Under the pieces are notes generated by a model, which was given only the letters and a program-made list of their open reading frames with translations, was not told where the DNA came from and did not search any database. A DNA stretch of 64,000 nucleotides from Octopus bimaculoides. Its lineage: Eukaryota. Below are positions 52,438-64,000 of the stretch, piece after piece. Positions within the stretch are counted from its first letter, which is position 1, and the number at the start of each line of letters is the position of its first letter. The DNA is taken from NCBI RefSeq assembly GCF_001194135.2, contig NC_068993.1, positions 63,457,134 to 63,521,133 of the forward strand. The letters are read 5' to 3'. Position numbers and translations under genes: made by a program.

Positions 52438-53725
52438 TGTGTGTGTGTGNNNNNNNNNNNNNNNNNNNNNNNNNNNNNNNNNNNNNNNNNNNNNNNNNNN
52501 NNNNNNNNNNNNNNNNNNNNNNNNNNNNNNNNNNNNNNNNNNNNNNNNNNNNNNNNNNNNNNNNNNNNNNNNNNNNNNNNNNNNNNNNNNNNNNNNNNNN
52601 NNNNNNNNNNNNNNNNNNNNNNNNNNNNNNNNNNNNNNNNNNNNNNNNNNNNNNNNNNNNNNNNNNNNNNNNNNNNNNNNNNNNNNNNNNNNNNNNNNNN
52701 NNNNNNNNNNNNNNNNNNNNNNNNNNNNNNNNNNNNNNNNNNNNNNNNNNNNNNNNNNNNNNNNNNNNNNNNNNNNNNNNNNNNNNNNNNNNNNNNNNNN
52801 NNNNNNNNNNNNNNNNNNNNNNNNNNNNNNNNNNNNNNNNNNNNNNNNNNNNNNNNNNNNNNNNNNNNNNNNNNNNNNNNNNNNNNNNNNNNNNNNNNNN
52901 NNNNNNNNNNNNNNNNNNNNNNNNNNNNNNNNNNNNNNNNNNNNNNNNNNNNNNNNNNNNNNNNNNNNNNNNNNNNNNNNNNNNNNNNNNNNNNNNNNNN
53001 NNNNNNNNNNNNNNNNNNNNNNNNNNNNNNNNNNNNNNNNNNNNNNNNNNNNNNNNNNNNNNNNNNNNNNNNNNNNNNNNNNNNNNNNNNNNNNNNNNNN
53101 NNNNNNNNNNNNNNNNNNNNNNNNNNNNNNNNNNNNNNNNNNNNNNNNNNNNNNNNNNNNNNNNNNNNNNNNNNNNNNNNNNNNNNNNNNNNNNNNNNNN
53201 NNNNNNNNNNNNNNNATATATACGTTTATAAAGATATAATTATAGTTAAGGGCTCCTGGAAATGACCATTGCCAATGCTAGAAATAGGTGTCAAATACCT
53301 ACAATCCACTCTACAATTTGCTCTCTATACTCTTTGTGGTTGCTAGATTGTGGTTGAGTTGGGGTGCTAGATTCCCTTGTTTGAAAATATAAGGACGCAG
53401 ATCGTGTCGTATAGCCAGCTGGAAACGATGTCGCCTGGGGCTAAATTACAGCAACATTCGTCCTAGACCAGGACTGCCATGTTATGTTGGCAAATAATCT
53501 TTACTCCATACATAAGAATTGTAATAGGGTGACAGGGTATGTTTTTGCATATCTAAAAGATGTTGATTGTAGTGTGAGGGATGGTGGTGTTGGAATATGA
53601 GTTGATGGGAGGATGAAAGACACTGTCTTCTATCTTGTTTGCCATCATCATCATCAACATCTACCGAGGTGTGGAGAACTTGTCTACAATTCCTTAATGT
53701 TTGTCATTTCTTTGTACAGCTCAGG

Positions 53726-54107
53726 CTAGAAAATGAGCTCATTGTAAACTCCTCTTGTAATATTTGATACTTTCACAGAGTTGTTATCAACAAAATCTTG
53801 AAGCCGTTCCTCTGTAAGTGCCAATACTTTAGCACTATTCTTTGCAATTAATTCAAGTGGAGCTGCTGGAATTTCCTTCTTCTCATCTCTATTCTCAATT
53901 TGCTCTTGTTCTAACAACATCAGGCCCCTTGTTAGATAAACTTTTCTTGTGAGACCTCTTCAGATCCTACATCATTTGTAAGTGTCGCAATATCTTTGCA
54001 AATTTGGCATAAATGTTCTGCTGGCGGAAAACTTGTAAAGTTACAAATATTGTCTTAACGCATATTTTTCCAGTCACCATTCAAAGTTGAGGGTTTTACT
54101 TCAGCCT
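53726..54107 (-). pseudogene. Decayed Tigger/pogo transposase C-terminal fragment
   Basis: Minus-strand QAEVKPSTLNGDWKNMR*DNICNFTSF...DIATLTNDVGSEEV...MLLEQEQIENRDEKKEIP...AKNSAKVLALTEERLQDF resembles the EVKPSTLN.CWKKLW...DF.GF...LA..VG and acidic tail region of Tigger1-like transposases. Confidence 0.6.
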
Positions 54108-56486
54108 GATACCGGTACCGCTACCGTTTCTGTTTCTTCAATCCTCTGTGAGTAAACCAAAACATCAATAATAAAAGCAACGGATGTAGAAGTCAAACCA
54201 CAGTTCTGATTTCAATTCCCAGTTGAAAATATTTGTAAACCACACCACACAGAGAAATGGATGTAAAAATAATGACGAGGGTGAAGATGATGGTGATGAT
54301 GATGGTGATGACGCTAAGGACGACGACGATTATGATGATGATGATGATGATAAAGATGAAAGCAATAATCCAAGACATTTCATTGTTCCCTGTTAACAGA
54401 TTCTCACAAATTAGGGTTTGGCATGTTGTTCTTTGCAGTATTTCCTGTTGTTGTTTGTTGTTGTTGTTGCCATCGTGGTAATCTTGTCGGGGGTACCAGG
54501 TCAACTTTGAGCCTCCCAATGGTAACTGGTTGGTGATTGGCCGAACAGCCAGACATGGCAGCAATTTTGTAGTGGTGAGAGAGTACAAGCCTGTTACTGC
54601 AGTTCTTCCATGCTTTCTGCCTGCCAATCTAAGAACCCTACAACTCCCTCAGACATGCTGGGACGAATCTAAGGAGTGATGGGGGGATGTTGTTGCTGTT
54701 AATGAGGAAAGTAGCAATCACATGTAAAAGTGAACATGGTGTTCTTGTTCTTGTTAGAAATGAATATGATGATAGTTTCAGTGAAAACCCTTTCTTTTCC
54801 TAAAACACCCAACCATGAATTAAGAATGGAATCTGTTTGTCAGCCTAGTGGCCTGAAGCATGTATCTTCTATTATGAGAACCAATGGCTAAAATATTTTT
54901 ATATACACTCAATCAAACGATTTTAACATTGCATTAAATGATGTTATATTGCATGAAATCTTTTACTGACTGGATGGCCACAACTGGAACACCTTTGTGT
55001 GATCTCTTAGTGAAGAAACACACTATTTTAAGCATCCTTGAAGCAGGACGTCTTTAACCAGAAAAGAAGAAGTTTTCATCCTTTGTTGCCATTCTGGGAG
55101 AGAAATGGATATTACACACAAATAATTTACAGTGACATATTTTATTGACACAAATCTTGAAAACAAGGTTAAACTGTTCACAAGGGCATTAATAAACAGG
55201 GAACAGAAATGTTGTCAGCCCCTTAATGGATGACGGCCCTGAGTAAAGATTTATTCATTATCAAACATTCTACAACCAATTGCTTTACAGATGTTTCTTC
55301 TCATTACAACACCCACACAAACAGTCTTTGCCACATGGTGGCTACATGTCACTCCAATCCCCTAACCCAACACCTGCCGTTCCCTTCTTTCAGGCCCACT
55401 TGACATACTTGTCAATCATCCCTGCTGAGGTTTACAACTATCAGCCCTTATTGTTTTGTTACCCAATCTTTCATTCCTTCAACTGCATCCAACTGGAACT
55501 TCCTCTGTGTCTATATTGTAGTCAGAGATATGTAGTATGATGTGAGACTTAACTGCTATTTCTAGCATGGAAGTGTTCCCAAGCAACCAGTTACAGAGAA
55601 GTAAATATGATTAGGGTCACTGTTGTAAGGGGATACACTTTTCCTGAGTGTCTTCTTGAGGTACTTTTTAAAATTCAAAGGGACTGTTAGGGGCTGGAAA
55701 CACAATGAATTCATAGTTGGAGATTTGAACTCACAACCTATTGGCTTGTTGTTCAAGATCCAGTTCACATGGCCTTAGAGTTTAATTTCTTGTAAGTGTA
55801 ACTTTTCTGGAAACACAGCAGAATATAAGAATGGAAAATTGAAAATTATATTATGTTCTGGAGGTAAAGACAGAAGCTGGATCATAGAATCCTTGTATGA
55901 ATACACACACACACTTGCTGATGGCTATGACACCTCTTGCAAGGACTTGATGCCAACAAGACTGAGGACCACTCCAACATATTCTTGTGACTTACATTTA
56001 TCATGAGCTTAGATATAAATATGGAGATATGCACAGCTTTGGCATATGATGAGTTTTTGCAAGCTTTCTTGCCCTCGATAGGCACTCCATGAAGGTCAAG
56101 TCTTTGGTCGGAGCTCCTGGGGCCCATCAGATAGAAGGAGACAAGGAGATATGAGGTAGGAGGGTAATAAGAAAGGGTTGATTCACATGGACCGATTCTC
56201 AAAGAACAAAAGAAAAGATTTAAAAAATGAATGAATACAGAATGGTAATCGGAATGTTGTTATGTTGTTATTGAGTCCTTGTTTCAATGTAAACGCTGAC
56301 CAGTGGTCAAAAGTATTCCAGATGTGACCTTTCTTTCTTCTGCCAATGAACAGAGAACTCAGAACTGCTTTGTCCAACATTGCCTTTTTTTAAGACAATA
56401 AATAAGCTGTGGTTTGAAAGGTAACAGGTTACTTTATTTAGCATAGGGTTCCACAGGTACTTTATAGATTTGCTAGGCTAGAGAAC

Positions 56487-56535
<49 letters not shown>

Positions 56536-56652
56536 GAGGAGGAGGAGGAGGAGAAAATTGAAATATTAATATCAGTTTTCTTTCTACGGTTTTGGTTGGT
56601 GTTTTCTTTGATGTCTGCTGGTACCATATTTACAAATACACACACACATAAC

Positions 56653-56713
<61 letters not shown>

Positions 56714-56836
56714 AGCATACATACATATCCATAGGCTAAAGTAGATTTGAATTTTTTAGCAAATGATCAAAACATGTACAACTGATACGTCACACACTAT
56801 TGAATATTTTTTTGAATATAGAGAATATATATTCAT

Positions 56837-56937
<101 letters not shown>

Positions 56938-57084
56938 AACAACACTTAGATATATAGATGTTTGTAATAAATGTATATATGTGTGAATGTGTACAACAAT
57001 ATATATATATATATATATGTGTGTGTATCTGTGTCTGTATGTATGTATGCATGTATGTATATATACACACACACACCCACACAT

Positions 57085-57137
<53 letters not shown>

Positions 57138-57230
57138 AAGATGTATGTACATATGTATATATAATTTGGTCATCTGGAACAAAAATTGGTTGAAACTCAC
57201 AATCTCAACCAGATTTGGTTCCAGCCAGTT

Positions 57231-57268
<38 letters not shown>

Positions 57269-57275
57269 TATTTGT

Positions 57276-57313
<38 letters not shown>

Positions 57314-58014
57314 ATGTGTGTATGTATATATAAATATGTGTACATGTGTGTATGGAGAGAGAGAGAGAGAAAGAGAGAAAAATGTATTTATTGCGTGAAT
57401 ATCCTTGCTTACTCTACACACTTATTCATACATCAAAACACATTCTCTCTCATAAGTAAGAATTTGGATTTTGTTATAAATGCATGTGTGTGTGTGTACA
57501 CACACATATATATAAATACACACACACACACACACGCTCGTGTATATGTTCTCATATAAACACACAAACACGCATATAACTTTACATCTAGATATCAATT
57601 TACATTTCAGATTATGCGTGCATGTGCATATACAAGAATACCAAGCGTGCTGGGGGAAAGCTGCCCCACCCCATATACATATACATGTGTGTGTGTGTAC
57701 ACATGCATGTTTGTATACACATATACACATGCACACACATAAACAAATGTTATCATGTAATATATTGCTGTAGCCAGCCATGTGTTCACAAGTGGTGAAT
57801 AGTAGAATTGGTTGGAGGCAGTTATAGAGGTTAGCTGTGAATAATTCAGTTTGATAGCAAATAAAATAATCACAAGATTGACACTGACAGCCTTCATCAA
57901 TGTCTAGCAACCCAATACATGGCAACTCTGGCATCGGTAAACTCTGTTGCTAGACTGTGATGGAGCTGTGACAAGGTAGAGAAAGGTCAAACAAACTTTC
58001 TGTTCCTTAGATAG

Positions 58015-58266
58015 CAGTGGTTCTCAAACAGGGTCTACGTGACCCTTGAGGGTCCATATAAGATTTTGTTGTTGATATTTATGGGCAAAAAACTGCAACA
58101 CAAAAATATTTTAAGAATTTTTTTCTCCACTGTTTCTTATAATATTTAATTATAAAAATATAATGGGTTTTTTTGTTTTTTTTTTACATTAACTGGCTTT
58201 GGGGGTCCAGTAAAGCAAAATAAGAATCAACGGGGTCCAAAGGCAAAAATGTGGGTGGGAACCCTT
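58015..58266 (-). mobile_element. hAT/Charlie-like MITE, same family as 63246-63503 in opposite orientation
   Basis: cagtggttctcaaacagggtctacgtgacccttgagggtccatataagattttgttgtt is the reverse complement of the right end of 63246-63503. Confidence 0.7.
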
Positions 58267-59475
58267 CATCTATAAGACTTTATCTCTTGTCAGCAACTCA
58301 ACCAAAGCAAAGAAATGGTAGAATTAGTCATTGTCTGCTCTGGCTTCTGTCTGTCTTAAAAACAGAATGAAACATTTAGTTTGCTGTATTTTGGGTTCTG
58401 TTATTTTATAGACCACAATATGTGGATTTCCATTTCCTTAAATATTCAGCAACATTTATGACCCCCACCCACCATTACTCAAAAAGAACAACTTGTTTTT
58501 TCTTCATAAGCATATAAAATTTATTCCAATTCGTATGTGGAACGCTACTTGTTAATTCCAAAGTAGTTTTTAAGTGCAATTAAAATTTTTTATGTTTCTT
58601 TGCATGAGCTATTATTTCAGAGAAAGCTCTTCTTCATAAATCTTTCGGAATAAACATGTTTTGTTTAAGAACATTGCAAACATTGTAAAGTTTCTTTTTT
58701 TCTACCTTCTCAGGACAGAAAGGAAATAAATGAGAATTCACAAACAAGTCCACTTTATTGTTGCCTCTCTCATCTATATTGGTGACCTCGATCAAATGGC
58801 CTTTATCTGATAACGGCTATGATATCTTTTTGAATTAGCTGGTTTAACTTACTACAACCACAATAATAACTCAGCTTATCAAACAACCATAAACAACATA
58901 AAAGCACCCCCACCCCCTGCCCACTGTGTGGCTTTCCTCTCTGCTTACTTTTCTCACATATAACACGTAATACCAAAAACAATATCATTTGTCTGCTTTA
59001 TTTGCTTACTTCAGCTAAGAAAATCACAAACCTGTTCACAAGGACAGCAAATCCATTGTAAAGGATCAACTCAGATACTGTAATTGTGAAGCATTTAGGA
59101 ACAACCTTAGCAAAAAGCACCTTGAACTCGCAAAAAAACAAATGGGAGCCAAACATCATTACGAAATCACCAACTTTACAAACTGGCTCACTTCTCTTCA
59201 AAGAACACATAGTAGCTGAGAATGTAAATCATACAAGTATGTATATGTATGTATATGCATACTAAAACATGGATATATATATATGATGTGTAAACTGAAA
59301 CATGTGTATACACCATTGCTCATTCACATTTTACAGACTCACTTGTATGAAAGTACACATGTTATTGCAACCCACTTGCACACACCATGTAGACTTACTT
59401 GCATCATACACACATGCAATCCCACAAAGTTTTGATTGTTACCATTTTCCCAAATTAATTGCACCATTGAAATAC

Positions 59476-59507
<32 letters not shown>

Positions 59508-59812
59508 CAACACTTCTCAGCCTGGCATTGGCTTTGTAATAAACTATATAAATGGAACTCAAAACCATTTTCACTTTGTGGCAGAACTCAACCAGCGTAA
59601 AAAAGTGGAGACATCAGAACAAGCTATATAAACAGAAATCAAAGCTGTCCTCTCTCTCTCTCTCTCTTTCTCTCCCTCTGTTTCTGTATTTGTTTCTCTC
59701 TCTCTCTCTCTCCGCAACATTTCTCATTCATTCTACACAACCTGTTTTTACATGAATACATGAGTTTACAACTTCAAGTTTCCAAACACATGCATATGCA
59801 AAACATTACCTC

Positions 59813-59885
<73 letters not shown>

Positions 59886-59977
59886 ATATATATATGCATA
59901 TACATACGCATATATATACATATACACACACATATATATATACATACACACACATACATATATGTATGCATATATAT

Positions 59978-60026
<49 letters not shown>

Positions 60027-61530
60027 CACACATACACACACATATACATACATACACACACATATACAGGCATGACTGCGTGATAAGCTTGCTTACCAAC
60101 CACATGGTTCTGGGTTCATTCCCACTGCATGACAACCAGTGTTGGTATGTTTGCATCCATGTAACTTAGTGGTTCGGCAAAAGAGCCCAATAGAATAAGT
60201 ACCAGTCCTGGGGTCGATTTGTTTGACTAAAAATTCAAGGTGGTGCCCCAGCATGACCACAGTCTAATGACCAAAACAAGTAAAAGATAAAAAATAAATG
60301 AAACATAGAAATACATGTTTATATTACGATATTCTGCAGAAAAGCCTAAGTCAGAGCTGAGATCTTTACAAACATTGCAAAGCCTCACTGTGGACTAAAT
60401 GAGAATGTAAACACCCATGCATGTGTGTCTGTATGTATATGCATATGTATACATATATGTGTTTTGGGTTCAGTCCCACTGTGTAATTACCATGGGTAAC
60501 TGTCTCCTGCTATAACACTGGGCTGGCTAAAGCACAGGGAGTGGATTTGGCAGATGGAAAGTGTAAGAAGCCCATTGTACTTGTGTGTGTGTTTGAGTAT
60601 ATATGTATGTATGCATTGATATATCATCATCATCATTTAATGTCCGTCCGTTTTCCATGCTGGCATGGGTTGGACAGTTTGACATGGAGCTGTCTAGACT
60701 CCAACCGTTTGTTGTGGCATGGTTTCTATGGCTGAATGCCCTGACCCTAATGCCAACCACTTAACAGAGTCTACTCGGTGCGTTTTTTGCATGCCACCAG
60801 CACAGGTGCATTAAGCACCAGCATGAGTGTGTTGATGTAGCATCAGCACAGGTGCATTTTGAGTGGCGCCGACACATGGAAAAATACAAGCCTGTAACGT
60901 GTGCAAAACAAGAGGTTTTACTTAGCTTGACACGTCTTATCAAGTACAGCAAATCACATCTTCTGGTCCCTTGTCATTTCCTGGGGTGGGGGGAGACAGA
61001 CAGACAGACAGACGGACGGATGGATGGATGGATATCAACATCATCATCACTATTGTTTTTAGTGTCTTCTTCTTTTCTCATGCTCCCAAATGTGTTACAG
61101 AACTGATCCAGCCAGATTTTCAATGCCTGGATCCCCTTCCTGTTGCCAACCTTCTTGATTGTAAGCAAAAATAATATTTCCCTAAGACCAGACATGTTTT
61201 TACAGAAGATTGAAAATATCACTTGTATGATGGTGACACTCGTTTACAGCTATTACAGGATGTTAAAGTATAGAGACTCCAACACACACACACGTCTGAG
61301 GCTTTCTCTAGTTTCTGTCAACCAAATCCACTCACAAGTTTTTGGTCAGCCCAAAGTTATAGTAAGATTCTTGCCAAAGATATCACACGGTGGGACTGAA
61401 CCTGAAACCAATTCTTAGCCACACATACATTCATACATACATACATGTGTGTGTGTGCGTGTATGCGTGTGTGTGTGTGCATGCTTATATATGTAATTGT
61501 TTAATTGATGTGTCGGGTGCATCTAGTCAT

Positions 61531-61561
<31 letters not shown>

Positions 61562-61860
61562 TGCTATGCATCTTCTTTTAAATAAATATAAAGACACACA
61601 CTCACAAAAATGACTATTATTTTCATGTTTCTATGAAAACATCCATATACATGTACATATATACATGCCCATACATAAATGTGTGTGTGTGTCATACATA
61701 TATACATAAAACTTTGTGTATATGTATATATATGTAATGTTTGTATATTAGCAGAAAAAGAAGTCCAGTTGACAAGAAGAACATCACAAAATCCACCCCC
61801 GCTCTCTAATCCATGGCAGCCTGGAAAACAGATATTAACTGTATTTACAAATAGATCAAT

Positions 61861-61897
<37 letters not shown>

Positions 61898-62188
61898 CAC
61901 ACACTCACTCACTCACACACATTTGTTTTATATGGAAATGGATTGTGATGGAATTGTCATTAACCCTTTAGCATTCAAACCGGCTCAAATATTCTACCTG
62001 CTTTCTGTTGAAACCAACCATATCTAGCTTCTTACACTTACCCTGCAATGTTGTTCAAAATCTCAAAGCTGCAAAATGACTCATGATTAATTCATAATGT
62101 GAATGATTAAACATCACATTTGACCAAGTGATTTGAATGACGAAGGATTAAAAAGACACCATATACACTTGTTTGTATGTGTATATAA

Positions 62189-63042
62189 TTCTTTTACTTG
62201 TTTCAGTCATTTTTGACTGCAGCCATGCTGGAGCACCACCTTTAGTCGAGCAAATCGACCCCAGGACTTATTCTTTGTAAGCCTAGTACTTATTCAATTG
62301 GTCACTTTTGCCAAACCGCTAAGAGGTAGGCCCAGGAAGACCTGGGCTGAGGTGGTGAGGCAAGACCTTCGTACATTGGGCCTCACCGAGGCGATGACTA
62401 CGGACCGAGACCTTTGGAAATGTGCTGTGCGTGAGAAGACCCGGCAAGCCGAGTAAGATCGTTGCCAGTGCCCCTGGACTGGTTCTTGTGCGGGTGGCAC
62501 ATGAGATGCACCATTTTGAGCGTGGCCGTTNNNNNNNNNNAAAAGACACCATTTCGAGCGTGGCCGTTTTCGTGCGGGTGACACGTAAAAGCACCCACTA
62601 CACTCTCTGAGTGGTTGGCGTTAGGAAGGGCATCCAGCTGTAGAAACTCTGCCAAATTAGATTGGAGCCTGGTGTTGCCATCCGGTTTCACCAGACCTCA
62701 GTCAAATCGTCCAGCCCATGCTAGCATGGAAAGCGGACGTTAAACGATGATGATGATGATGATGATGAATGTTACGGGGACGTAAACACACCACCATCGG
62801 TTGTCAAGCGATGTTGGGGGAACAAACACAGGCACTCAAACATATACACACACATACCTATATATACATATATATATACGATGGGCTTCTTTCAATTTCC
62901 ATCTACCAAATCCACTCACAAGGCTTTGGTCAGCCCGAGGTTATAGTAGAAGACACTTGTCAAAGGTGCCACAAAGTAGGACTGAACCCGGAACCATGTG
63001 GTTGGTAAACAAGCTACTTACCACACAGCTACTCCTGCGCCT
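62189..63042 (-). mobile_element. Full-length SINE family A interrupted by an RTE insertion
   Basis: Tail at 62189-62323 and remaining tail, spacer and head at 62770-63042. Removing the insert restores ccgctaagttacggggacgtaaacacacc. Confidence 0.85.
62322..62768 (+). mobile_element. 5'-truncated RTE LINE: last 44 codons, 3' UTR and (GAT)n tail
   Basis: 62322-62456 translates RGRPRKTWAEVVRQDLRTLGLTEAMTTDRDLWKCAVREKTRQAE*, carrying the GRP.KTW C-terminal motif typical of RTE-clade ORFs. Ends in (GAT)n. Confidence 0.9.
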
Positions 63043-63245
63043 CCACAATTTCAAAAACAATTGTCTTTTATGACATAACAAATCTTTGTTGGTGTTGACA
63101 GTAAAACATTCCACTTGTTTGATCAATGGAATTCTCTACACATGTTGAGTGGAAATGGTTGAGGATTCCAATGTAATCTTCAGACGACAACAGGGGAACA
63201 TTTCATGACAAAGTTTACCTTTCCAGTGATAAGCAGAGTCTACCC

Positions 63246-63503
63246 CAGTGGTTCTCAACCATTTTCTCACTATAGGCCCCCTTTTCATTCCTATTTTACT
63301 TGGATGGATTTTCGTAACCATTTGATGCTTAAAATCTTCTGGGATTGTTTTGATTAAATATTATTAGGAATTATATTTTAAAAATTGTCAAAACATTTTT
63401 GGTGTATTGTCGAAGTATAAGCAATCCTATTGCAGATAAAATCTAACAACAAAATCTTATAAGGACCCTCAAGGGTCATCTGGACCCTGGTTGAGACCCA
63501 TTG
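63246..63503 (+). mobile_element. hAT/Charlie-like MITE, complete
   Basis: TIRs cagtggttctcaacc / ggttgagacccattg (2 mismatches) around an AT-rich interior. No clean 8-bp target duplication is left. Confidence 0.7.
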
Positions 63504-63945
63504 GATCCAAATGACTGTCCACAGAGCTGCCAATTGTTTAAGTTTGTTCACGTGGCCGGCATCAAACTGAAGCTCTGCTAAAAGACCATTTTATAGAGTG
63601 TCAAACAACGGAATTGAACCCTGATGTCATAATTGTAAAGCAGACTTCACAACCACTTGGCCATGACTGTGTCTAGATATACACTAGTGTATGTATATAC
63701 CCTAGTCACTATACATTCCTCACTTTATTTTTCTGGACATCGCAGCCACACCCACACTCAGATAATATACACACATGTCTAGTGTTTTATTTAGCAATCA
63801 TTAGACAAGCATATCGTTTTCTGTCTACCTATCATTCTATCTATTTGTCATGAACATAACTATTTACATACACACATATATATACATATATATATATATA
63901 TGTAATATAATCTGAACGTGCATTTATATTTTTGTAGACATATAC

Positions 63946-64000
<55 letters not shown>

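Noticed and set aside
7268-53265. Long ORFs (150-327 aa) in the ORF track dominated by X
   Set aside because: They are open only because they run through N gaps.

Overview
AT-rich, microsatellite-dense eukaryotic genomic DNA from a gapped short-read assembly. The repeat content (tRNA-headed SINEs, RTE-type LINE tails ending in (GAT)n, very dense (CA)n/(TA)n/(GA)n) suggests an octopus or related coleoid cephalopod; this is an inference. One host gene is recognisable: a gamma/delta/zeta-type sarcoglycan on the minus strand. It has three coding exons (22381-22548, 6195-6296, 489-576) with canonical GT-AG sites, joined in phases 0, 0 and 1; the rest of the gene lies left of position 1. The 88-nt exon is absent from the ORF track in its true frame. 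No other host coding exon was recognised in 22.6-64 kb. Nearly all other listed ORFs are microsatellite or N-gap artefacts. The rest of the window is fossil mobile DNA: a decayed mariner transposase, a mariner-type MITE, a Tigger/pogo fragment, hAT-like MITEs, RTE LINE 3' ends (one nested in a SINE), three SINE families, an R2/R4-type endonuclease fragment, Penelope-like ends with degenerate hammerhead-like motifs and a tRNA-Val pseudogene. No convincing new biological system was found. The best leads are inverted repeats in the sarcoglycan pre-mRNA, the hammerhead-like relics and the modular SINE/LINE tail architecture.
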